32,000 nucleotides of DNA from Mycobacterium tuberculosis H37Rv (GCF_000195955.2 NC_000962.3:2970001-3002000), one strand, 5' to 3'; positions 7,235-13,852 are shown, counted from the first letter of the stretch. A program made the numbers and translations. The notes: a model not told the origin generated them from the letters alone.

Positions 7235-8658
7235 CGGGCGCCGTCCCGAGCGCTAGCCGCCGCTCGACCTCGGCAGGGCCGGCATTTGCCGGCGGCCTTG
7301 GCCTCAGTACTGAGGAGCTTGTTGGGGCATCCCGGCCCGGAGCACAGCGGCGCGTCGCCGTTGGGGTGCCCGTTGGGCGCCGGCGGCTCGTACGGCAAGT
7401 CGCCCGCCTCCGGGAGATCGGTTGCATCGGTTGCGCCGGTTGCATCACCGGGATCGCCAACCGGCGGTGAAACCGCGGAAACCGCGGAAACCGATAAATC
7501 TCGTTCCTCGGGGGTTTCGTCGTCGGCAGAGAGATACCGGGACCACGCATCCTCGAACTGGGTCCGCGAATACCCTTTGTAGGGTGGTTCGCCACCACTG
7601 TGCTGGAACTTCGGCCCGATGCCGTATCTGCCGAGCCGGGTCGCGAGGCCGCGCGCGTCGAGCGGGTCGCCGCGGCGGATGGAGCCCCACGGTCCCTCCT
7701 CCATCCGGTTCAGTCCGGTCAGGATGTCGCTGGTGCGCATCCGGTCCCGGTCGCTGAAGACTCGACGGATATCCCGCAGCAGCAGCACGCCTATGCTGGG
7801 CTTGGCTCCTCGATTTGCGGTTGCATCCGTTTCTGCGGTTGCACGGGCGGTTTTGGGCCAGTGCCCGCCCGCGGTGTCAGCAACCGCAACCAGGGACTCC
7901 CAGACGTCGGCGCGCCGGTCGGTCACCCCGTCCGGCATCGCCGGCCAACCGCTTTCCAGCGGGTTAATGGCGGCCGCCCAGTTCGCCAACCGGTCGTGCA
8001 GCTTCTCGGCCTCGGGGCCGTTGACGCGGGGGCGCCACGGCTCCACGGGTTCGGTTGGTGCCCTCCTGCGCATCCTCACCACGATCGACCGAGACATGAT
8101 GGTGTCGGGCAGGTCGTCGAGGCCGGCCAAGGCGACCGCACAGTACGCTGGCAGTTCCTCGGTCTCAACGATCTTGCCGCGGATGACGCAGCGGCCCGCG
8201 ACGGCTCCCTTGCGGTGGCCGGCGTTGATCACGCCGCGAATTTCCTCGTGTTCTTTAGCTTTCGGGCCAAACAGGGTGTCACACTCGTCGTACAGGACGG
8301 TCGGCCGCCCGACCGGATCGGCCACCCGACGGAACAGGTAGGCCGGTGTGCAGTTGATGGCATGCACCGGCCGGGGCACTAGCGGTTCCGTGACTTCGAG
8401 TGCGCGGCTCTTGCCAGAGCCGGGTTCCGGTGACAAAAAAGCGATTCGGGGCGTTGAGTCCCACGCCTCCATAAACCAGCAATGCGCAATCCAGAGGGTG
8501 TGCGCGATCAGTTCATGGTCGCTTGGATAGACTACGAACCGCCGCAAGAATGCCCTAATGTCGTCGAGCAATTCGGCGCCGACCGGCGGCATCGGCTGGC
8601 CGTCCTCGTCACACCAGATCGGGTCGGGATAGTCACGGCCGTAGGGGATGTCAGCCAT
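7231..8658 (-). CDS. Rv2655c: DUF3631-type P-loop protein, putative replication (primase/helicase-like) protein with C-terminal zinc ribbon (475 aa)
   Basis: Walker A SPEPGSGKSRALE. C-terminal CSGPGC...CRPC. The ATG at 8658 lies 1 nt after the upstream stop. The longer ORF (to 8916) overlaps Rv2656c and was rejected. Confidence 0.8.
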   Translation of the reverse strand: MADIPYGRDYPDPIWCDEDGQPMPPVGAELLDDIRAFLRRFVVYPSDHELIAHTLWIAHCWFMEAWDSTPRIAFLSPEPGSGKSRALEVTEPLVPRPVHAINCTPAYLFRRVADPVGRPTVLYDECDTLFGPKAKEHEEIRGVINAGHRKGAVAGRCVIRGKIVETEELPAYCAVALAGLDDLPDTIMSRSIVVRMRRRAPTEPVEPWRPRVNGPEAEKLHDRLANWAAAINPLESGWPAMPDGVTDRRADVWESLVAVADTAGGHWPKTARATAETDATANRGAKPSIGVLLLRDIRRVFSDRDRMRTSDILTGLNRMEEGPWGSIRRGDPLDARGLATRLGRYGIGPKFQHSGGEPPYKGYSRTQFEDAWSRYLSADDETPEERDLSVSAVSAVSPPVGDPGDATGATDATDLPEAGDLPYEPPAPNGHPNGDAPLCSGPGCPNKLLSTEAKAAGKCRPCRGRAAASARDGAR

Positions 8659-8659
8659 C

Positions 8660-9052
8660 TCAGACCACCACCCGCCGAATGTAGGCGTCACGCCGACGCT
8701 GGATCTCCCGAGAGACCGCCGGCCAGTCGGCGGCGGCGGATACGTCACGTGATGCCTCGGCCGACGCGGCCTGGCACGTCTCCACCCGGAGTGCCCAATG
8801 CCGAGCAGCGTCGCAGATCGCGGCCCATTTGACCGGGTCGGTGTCGTCGAGGTCGCACCACGCCGGGGTGCCGGCCATCGGCCATTCCACGGCGGCGGCC
8901 AGGGTCGGTGCGACATACTCGTGCACCGACCACCACGACACGGCGCGGGACGCGGTAGGATCGGTGCTAGACGGTGTGGCGACTGTCGCGGGTGCCCGGT
9001 CCTCTGTGGCCGGGCATCGTCGCGTCGGCGGCGACCCGCCGACGGCGGTCAT
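8660..9052 (-). CDS. Rv2656c: Hypothetical prophage protein (DUF2742-like, 130 aa)
   Basis: Tightly packed in the operon, with a 4-nt overlap with the upstream gene. The WWSVHEYVAPTL...GTPAWCDLDDTDPVKWAA pattern recalls a mycobacterial prophage family. Confidence 0.65.
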   Translation of the reverse strand: MTAVGGSPPTRRCPATEDRAPATVATPSSTDPTASRAVSWWSVHEYVAPTLAAAVEWPMAGTPAWCDLDDTDPVKWAAICDAARHWALRVETCQAASAEASRDVSAAADWPAVSREIQRRRDAYIRRVVV

Positions 9053-9309
9053 GCGGCACCACCGAACGGGTGCATGGCGCCGTCGACCTCATCGCGGCGC
9101 AGACGGACGAGGCGGGTGCCGGAGCGGTATCCGCGTAGGCGGCCGTCGGCGATCATCTGGCGGACCGTGCGGTCGGTGACCGCTAGATATTCGGCGGCCT
9201 CACTGATCGTGATGTACCGCCGTGACAACGGGGGAGCGTCTGCCATGCCGGGCCTTTCGGTCTCGTGAGAGACCGTCCACCCGAGACTCGGCGACGGGAA
9301 CGCGCACAT
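9049..9309 (-). CDS. Rv2657c: Excisionase/AlpA-like helix-turn-helix DNA-binding protein (86 aa)
   Basis: YITISEAAEYLAVTDRTVRQMIADGRLRGYRSGTRLVRLRRDEVD is a classic MerR/Xis-type winged HTH. An internal Met (MADAPPL) is an alternative start. Confidence 0.8.
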   Translation of the reverse strand: MCAFPSPSLGWTVSHETERPGMADAPPLSRRYITISEAAEYLAVTDRTVRQMIADGRLRGYRSGTRLVRLRRDEVDGAMHPFGGAA

Positions 9310-9325
9310 GCGCGCACCGGAAAAT

Positions 9326-9691
9326 TTACCCGCCTAGCTGGCTCAAGCGCAAGCATAATGCGCTGAACGGAATTACGTGTCGCGCCTCTGCTATTGATGG
9401 ATCGTCAGCGTCGGGGATGGTCGACGTTCTCAGCTCGTGAAGCTTCGCCCCGAAACCGTCGAGGATCGCCGCGGCGGTCATCTCGGATATCGGCGCATAC
9501 TTTCGGCATGCCCGGCATTCGAGTTTCCACTCGATATGGCGGCCCCACTGTGTTTCGGTGAAGCGGGTGTTCGACCGCATCTGTATGTGCCCGCCGGCGG
9601 GTCGTTCGTCGTCGATCCAGGCGATGATGAGCGCTCCCGGTTCGTCGTCGCAGTTGCACATAACTACGTACTTAACCGCATCGGCCATCAT
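9326..9691 (-). CDS. Rv2658c: Cys-rich hypothetical prophage protein (about 120 aa)
   Basis: The ATGATG start overlaps the integrase TGA by 1 nt (9691), implying translational coupling. It has CNC...CRAC cysteine pairs. The 293-aa upstream extension in the ORF track is antisense-like low complexity inside the integrase gene. Confidence 0.6.
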   Translation of the reverse strand: MMADAVKYVVMCNCDDEPGALIIAWIDDERPAGGHIQMRSNTRFTETQWGRHIEWKLECRACRKYAPISEMTAAAILDGFGAKLHELRTSTIPDADDPSIAEARHVIPFSALCLRLSQLGG

Positions 9692-10818
9692 CACATCTCC
9701 TGGTTCTCGGCCAGTTTGCTTAACAGTGCGGCGATTTCGCGGTCCCGGCCCTTGGCGGCGTGCTGGTAGCGGAGTGCGGCGCCGGCTGTGCTGTGTCCTA
9801 GCCGCTGCATCAGTTCGGCCAGTGTGGCGCCGGTGGATGCAGCCAACACGGCGCCGGAGTGTCGAAGGTCGTGCACCCGTAAGTCTGGTCGGCCGGCGGC
9901 TTTTCGGGCCTTGTAGAACATGCGGTACAGCGCCGAGGGTGCTAGGTGACGGTTGGGGTCGTTGACCGATGGGAACAGCAGGGACTCCCGGCCGGGGTTG
10001 ACGTGTTTGTGAAGGTGGTCTTCGATGGCGGGTATCAGATGTGGCGGGATACTTATGTCGCGCACTCCCGCATCGCTTTTCGGTGTCGTCACCTTGAAGC
10101 CTTCGCCCACCCGAACGACAGCCCGCCGCACCCGCGCAACCTCGCCGTGCAGGTCGATGTCTTTGCGGCGTAATTCGGTCAGCTCGCCGTAGCGCATGGC
10201 CAGCCATGCCGCCATCAGCACGAACGCCTGGTAGGGGTCGGGCATGGCTTTGGTGATGGTTTCCAGCTCGTCGAGGGTGGCGGGCCTGATCTTGTGGACG
10301 CGGCGGGCGGTGGACGCGCCTGAGATGCGGCAGGGGTTGGAGTCGATCAGGTCGTCGGCCAAGGCGGTCTGCATGATTGCGCGCAGCAAGCTGTAGGAGT
10401 GTGCCCGCATGGTCGGTGTGCCCACGGCGGTGGTGGCGTACCAGCGGCGCACGGCGGCCGGGGTGATGTCGCGTAGGTCGGTGTCAGCGAAGGTGGCCAG
10501 GATGTGGTTGTCCAGCAGTTTGCGATAGTGGGCGCGGGTGCGGTCCTTGATTCCACGCTGCTTCAGCCATCCTTCGGCGTACTCACCGAATGGGGCTCCG
10601 GGGCGGTCTTCCTGACCCGATGCCGGGGACCATAGTTGTCGGTCGATTTCGCGGCGGCGGTCGGTGAGCCATGCTTCGGCGTCGATCTTGGCGTTGAAGG
10701 TTTTGGGGGCGATGTACACGCGGCCGTCGGGGCCGGTGTAGCTGGCTTGCCAGCGGCCGGAGTTGAACTGTCGGATGCGACCGAATTTGCGTCTCTGACG
10801 CTTGCCGGTTTGCGTCAC
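9691..10818 (-). CDS. Rv2659c: Tyrosine integrase with N-terminal arm-binding (AP2-like) domain (375 aa, GTG start)
   Basis: GRWQASYTGPDGRVY...DAEAWL N-terminal domain. Catalytic RYGELTELRRKD, HDLRHSGA, LGHSTAGAALRYQH. It lies next to attR and to the arm-type repeat. Confidence 0.92.
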   Translation of the reverse strand: MTQTGKRQRRKFGRIRQFNSGRWQASYTGPDGRVYIAPKTFNAKIDAEAWLTDRRREIDRQLWSPASGQEDRPGAPFGEYAEGWLKQRGIKDRTRAHYRKLLDNHILATFADTDLRDITPAAVRRWYATTAVGTPTMRAHSYSLLRAIMQTALADDLIDSNPCRISGASTARRVHKIRPATLDELETITKAMPDPYQAFVLMAAWLAMRYGELTELRRKDIDLHGEVARVRRAVVRVGEGFKVTTPKSDAGVRDISIPPHLIPAIEDHLHKHVNPGRESLLFPSVNDPNRHLAPSALYRMFYKARKAAGRPDLRVHDLRHSGAVLAASTGATLAELMQRLGHSTAGAALRYQHAAKGRDREIAALLSKLAENQEM

Positions 10819-10832
10819 TGTCGTCCCCTGTC

Positions 10833-10853
10833 CCGCGCAATAAACGCGCAATA
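10833..10853 (+). promoter_or_regulatory. Putative integrase arm-type site pair (P arm), 15 bp upstream of the integrase start
   Basis: Exact copy of 63-83 (CCGCGCAATAAACGCGCAATA). Confidence 0.55.
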
Positions 10854-10962
10854 AGAGACTACATCAGATGCCGCTTGCTTCCGCACGCTTCCGGGGGTAC
10901 TGTTGTCTATGTCGCCTGGTCAGAGGCTTTCTGTACAGGTCAGACAGTATCCCACCGGCCCA

Positions 10963-11190
10963 CTAGTGAAACTGGTTCAATCCCAGTATCGCGCACCACG
11001 ATTGACCTGCGGTTTCATCCACAAAATCTGGGCTGCGTGAACTAAATGTGAACTGACTCGGTGCAACCACCGAAAGGTTCCTCTGTTCCGTGCCCACGCC
11101 GACACCGACGGTGACCCCACCAGATGCGCCTGCCGCCCGCTGGCTAGCCTGGCCTGTTGCTGCAAGCGCCTGGTCGACGCCCGCTATCAC
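10963..11190 (-). CDS. Rv2660c: Reference-annotated 75-aa ORF (vaccine antigen Rv2660c); coding status doubtful
   Basis: The ORF exists and its sequence (VIAGVDQALAATGQ...AILGLNQFH) matches Rv2660c as I recall it. However, its last 12 codons are antisense to the attR tRNA fragment. It also lies antisense to a plus-strand frame with higher third-position G/C. Confidence 0.3.
   Translation of the reverse strand: MIAGVDQALAATGQASQRAAGASGGVTVGVGVGTEQRNLSVVAPSQFTFSSRSPDFVDETAGQSWCAILGLNQFH
10971..10998 (+). other. attR: displaced 3' fragment of the tRNA (T-arm, acceptor 3' strand, CCA)
   Basis: ACTGG-TTCAATC-CCAGT-ATCGCGC-A-CCA. No complementary 5' acceptor strand (GCGCGAT) occurs in the roughly 75 nt upstream, so this is not a full tRNA. 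The last 16 nt are identical to 1-16. Confidence 0.8.
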
Positions 11191-11334
11191 GCTGTTGTCG
11201 CGTCCACCGAACTCACCGAGGCACGCCGCACCCGCGCAACCGAGCTGACGGAGCTGATCACCACCGCGCTCGCCTTCTGCGAACGGCTGCAAACGGTCGT
11301 TGAGGGTGACCGGCGGGCTGAGGTGACCCGATGA
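11041..11334 (+). pseudogene. Start-less, frameshifted remnant paralogous to Rv2645
   Basis: An open frame of 97 codons encodes ...LFRAHADTDGDPTRCAC..., compared with Rv2645 LFCAHADTNGDPGRCAC. By eye about 32 of 36 nt are identical over the conserved block. It has no in-frame ATG/GTG/TTG until its last codons, and the GTG at 11060 is out of frame. G/C at third positions is high. Confidence 0.55.
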
Positions 11335-11576
11335 GCGGCGGCTGGCTCGCCGAGCACCTCGGCCTGTCCACAAACCGGCTCCGGCACGAACTCGCAGACC
11401 GGCTCGACGCGCACTACGGGCCACCCGCACAGAACAGGGAGCTCGCGCGGCCGAGCCTGCGGATTATCAACGAGGGCACTGATGGATGACCTGACGCGGC
11501 TCCGGCGCGAGCTTCTGGACCGATTCGACGTGCGGGACTTCACAGACTGGCCTCCAGCATCGCTGCGAGCCCTCAT
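11187..11576 (-). CDS. Rv2661c: Reference-annotated 129-aa ORF; probably a shadow ORF
   Basis: The Arg/Ser-rich product lies antisense to three translationally coupled plus-strand ORFs. Confidence 0.25.
   Translation of the reverse strand: MRARSDAGGQSVKSRTSNRSRSSRRSRVRSSISALVDNPQARPRELPVLCGWPVVRVEPVCEFVPEPVCGQAEVLGEPAAAHRVTSARRSPSTTVCSRSQKASAVVISSVSSVARVRRASVSSVDATTA
11331..11489 (+). CDS. Unannotated small ORF (52 aa) with HTH-like segment
   Basis: Its ATG overlaps the stop of the upstream frame (ATGA). Its own stop overlaps the ATG of the next ORF by 8 nt. G/C at third positions is high. WLAEHLGLSTNRLRHEL looks HTH-like. It is below the 60-aa cut-off of the ORF track. Confidence 0.45.
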   Translation: MSGGWLAEHLGLSTNRLRHELADRLDAHYGPPAQNRELARPSLRIINEGTDG

Positions 11577-11754
11577 CGCGACCTACGACCCCTGGATCGA
11601 CATGACGGCCAGCCCGCCACAGCCTGTATCGCCCGGAGGGCCTCGACTCCGACTCGTGCGATTAACCACCAACCCATCCGCGAGAGCAGCCCCTATCGGA
11701 AACGGTGGGGACTCTTCTGTTTGCGCTGGTGAGAAACAGTGCCGCCCACCGTAG
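11482..11754 (+). CDS. Rv2662: Hypothetical protein (90 aa)
   Basis: ATG ORF coupled to the preceding small ORF. No recognisable domain. Confidence 0.55.
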   Translation: MDDLTRLRRELLDRFDVRDFTDWPPASLRALIATYDPWIDMTASPPQPVSPGGPRLRLVRLTTNPSARAAPIGNGGDSSVCAGEKQCRPP

Positions 11755-11816
11755 CGGCCTGCGCGTGGCAATTGACCGACCTGACCCGAGTAGCCGCCAG
11801 TGGGCTGTAAGCCATT

Positions 11817-11850
11817 CTTTACGGCAGCCTGTTGTAAAGGTAACGTTTAC
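11817..11850. promoter_or_regulatory. Operator-like inverted repeats and -10 element upstream of the BrnT-like operon
   Basis: CTTTAC (11817-22) N11 GTAAAG (11834-39) N5 GTTTAC (11845-50). TAACGT (11841-46, fits TANNNT) ends 6 nt before the GTG at 11853, as expected for a leaderless mycobacterial transcript. Confidence 0.45.
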
Positions 11851-11852
11851 AC

Positions 11853-12086
11853 GTGGAGGTGAGGGCTAGCGCCCGCAAGCACGGCATCAACGACGACGCC
11901 ATGCTCCACGCATACCGCAACGCGCTGCGCTACGTCGAACTGGAATACCACGGCGAAGTTCAACTGCTGGTGATCGGCCCCGACCAAACCGGGCGCCTTT
12001 TAGAGCTGGTCATCCCAGCAGACGAACCACCCCGGATTATCCACGCCAACGTACTACGCCCGAAGTTCTACGACTACCTGAGGTGA
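11853..12086 (+). CDS. Rv2663: BrnT-like (COG2929-like) putative toxin (77 aa)
   Basis: ARKHGI..D...[14 protein letters not shown] and [12 protein letters not shown] align by eye with the BrnT pattern KHG..F, G....G.LL.VV, R.IS.R.A. The N-terminus is short compared with canonical BrnT. Confidence 0.5.
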
Positions 12087-12096
12087 TGAGATAAGA

Positions 12097-12351
12097 GTGA
12101 AGCACAAGACCGACATTGACGAGTGGCTCGACACGATCGAGCCCAACCCGGCCGACGCCCACGATGCCAGCCACCTGCGGCGCATCATCGCCGCGAAAGA
12201 AGCGGTCCAAACAGCCGAATCTGAGTTGCGGGCCGCAGTGAATGCTGCCCGCGCCGCCGGCGACACCTGGGCAGCCATCGGCGTCGCCCTCGGCATCACC
12301 CGCCAGGCCGCGTTCCAACGGTTCGGGCCACACAGCACAGCGAGCCCCTAA
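12097..12351 (+). CDS. Rv2664: HTH protein, putative cognate antitoxin (84 aa)
   Basis: GTG lies 10 nt after the upstream stop, with GAGGTG upstream. The C-terminal motif [24 protein letters not shown] closely parallels GASWSDIGKSMGVTKQAAQKRFVP in ClpC2 (13896-14654). Confidence 0.55.
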
Positions 12352-12435
12352 ACCGGCGCGCCTCCGCGGTGGAGTTGACGACGACCAGACAGGGCCGAAG
12401 CGGAGTCACAGCGTCTGGCCGACACACGTGGCGTC

Positions 12436-12593
12436 GTGTTTGCTAGGCATGGGTTTTGTGTTTGCTGTCCCCCACAACCCCAGACCCGTACAAATCCCCA
12501 GACCCCTACACACAGCGACACGGCGACCCGCCGTCTCCTGAGTGTGTTTGCTAAAATTTCGTTTGTTCTGGTCGATCACTTATTGTGTTTGCC
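12436..12593 (+). repeat. Four direct copies of GTGTTTGC in an ORF-poor, AT-richer spacer
   Basis: Copies start at 12436, 12458, 12544 and 12585, all on the plus strand. GTTTGCTAAA (12546-55) also occurs at 114-123. TGTTTGCTGTC (12459-69) also occurs at 6590-6600. Confidence 0.8.
12477..12509 (+). repeat. Tandem-like 15-bp direct repeat CCCCAGACCC(G/C)TACA, two copies 18 bp apart
   Basis: 12477-12491 and 12495-12509 differ at one position. Confidence 0.8.
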
Positions 12594-12698
12594 GGTTTTG
12601 GCGATGGGCTTGATTCCTCTGACAGCAACACCAGTTGGCCCCTTCCTGGCCAGGACGTGATAGACCACGCTGGTGGGTCATGCGCACCGGAGCACCCG

Positions 12699-12980
12699 AT
12701 GATCGTCGTCCGTACGGCCGAGGCGGCCGAGCAGGCCCTGACTGAGGGCCAGCTGGTCTGCCCCCGCCGCGGATGTGGCGACACCTTGCGGCGGTGGCGA
12801 TATGGACGGCGCCGGCATGTGCGCAGCCTCGGCTCGCAGGTGATCGATGTGCGGCCCCAGCGGGTGCGTTGCCGCAGATGCGAAAGCACCCATGTGCTCC
12901 TGCCAGCGGCGCTACAGCCACGCCTAGGGCGCGGCGGCGGCGGCCAGTTACGTCCAGGGGTGTGGTGTACGGGCAGGTAA
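12699..12980 (+). CDS. Rv2665: Arg-rich zinc-ribbon protein fragment (93 aa), resembling the N-terminal domain of some actinobacterial transposase-associated proteins (DUF6431-like)
   Basis: CPRRGCG...RWRYGRRRHVR...RVRCRRCESTHVLLP is a CxxxC...CxxC ribbon followed by THVLLP. The frame degenerates into Gly/Arg-rich sequence just before the IS1081 fragment. Confidence 0.45.
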   Translation: MIVVRTAEAAEQALTEGQLVCPRRGCGDTLRRWRYGRRRHVRSLGSQVIDVRPQRVRCRRCESTHVLLPAALQPRLGRGGGGQLRPGVWCTGR

Positions 12981-12999
12981 GGCCGGTGGGCGTGTCGTA

Positions 13000-13852
13000 G
13001 CCCAGTAGTGGGCGGTCATCGCGTGATCCTTCGAAACGACCAGCAAAAGTCAATCGAAGGAAATGACGCAATGACCTCTTCTCATCTTATCGACACCGAG
13101 CAGCTTCTGGCTGACCAACTCGCACAGGCGAGCCCGGATCTGCTGCGCGGGCTGCTCTCGACGTTCATCGCCGCCTTGATGGGGGCTGAAGCCGACGCCC
13201 TGTGCGGGGCGGGCTACCGCGAACGCAGCGATGAGCGGTCCAATCAGCGCAACGGCTACCGCCACCGTGATTTCGACACCCGTGCCGCAACCATCGACGT
13301 CGCGATCCCCAAGCTGCGCCAGGGCAGCTATTTCCCGGACTGGCTGCTGCAGCGCCGCAAGCGAGCTGAACGCGCACTGACCAGCGTGGTGGCGACCTGC
13401 TACCTGCTGGGAGTATCCACTCGCCGGATGGAGCGCCTGGTCGAAACACTTGGTGTGACAAAGCTTTCCAAGTCGCAAGTGTCGATCATGGCCAAAGAGC
13501 TCGACGAAGCCGTAGAGGCGTTTCGGACCCGCCCGCTCGATGCCGGCCCGTATACCTTCCTCGCCGCCGACGCCCTGGTGCTCAAGGTGCGCGAGGCAGG
13601 CCGCGTCGTCGGGGTGCACACCTTGATCGCCACCGGCGTCAACGCCGAGGGCTACCGAGAGATCCTGGGCATCCAGGTCACCTCCGCCGAGGACGGGGCC
13701 GGCTGGCTGGCGTTCTTCCGCGACCTGGTCGCCCGCGGCCTGTCCGGGGTCGCGCTGGTCACCAGCGACGCCCACGCCGGCCTGGTGGCCGCGATCGGCG
13801 CCACCCTGCCCGCAGCGGCCTGGCAGCGCTGCAGAACCCACTACGCAGCCAA
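13000..13852 (+). mobile_element. IS1081: IS1081 (IS256 family) fragment with its 3' part deleted
   Basis: The transposase N-terminus is MTSSHLIDTEQLLADQLAQASPDLLRGL... The diagnostic primer-region sequence CGACACCGAGCAGCTTCTGGCTG is at about 13090. Homology ends near 13853. The left end is approximate and no IR was verified. Confidence 0.85.

Noticed and set aside
6940-7598. Overlapping ORFs of 176, 210 and 199 aa on both strands
   Set aside because: Extremely Arg/Pro-rich. They overlap Rv2654c and the Rv2655c 3' end, both of which fit the operon packing.
11002-11030. TTGACC as the -35 element of a promoter for the plus-strand transcript just outside attR
   Set aside because: I found no acceptable TANNNT -10 hexamer at 16-18 bp spacing, so I do not call a promoter here, even though plus-strand expression seems likely.
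12679-12690. Possible third att core copy (TCATGCGCACCGG) that would mark the far end of the older element
   Set aside because: Only GCGCACC plus a few scattered bases match the 16-bp core. That is too weak to distinguish from chance in GC-rich DNA.
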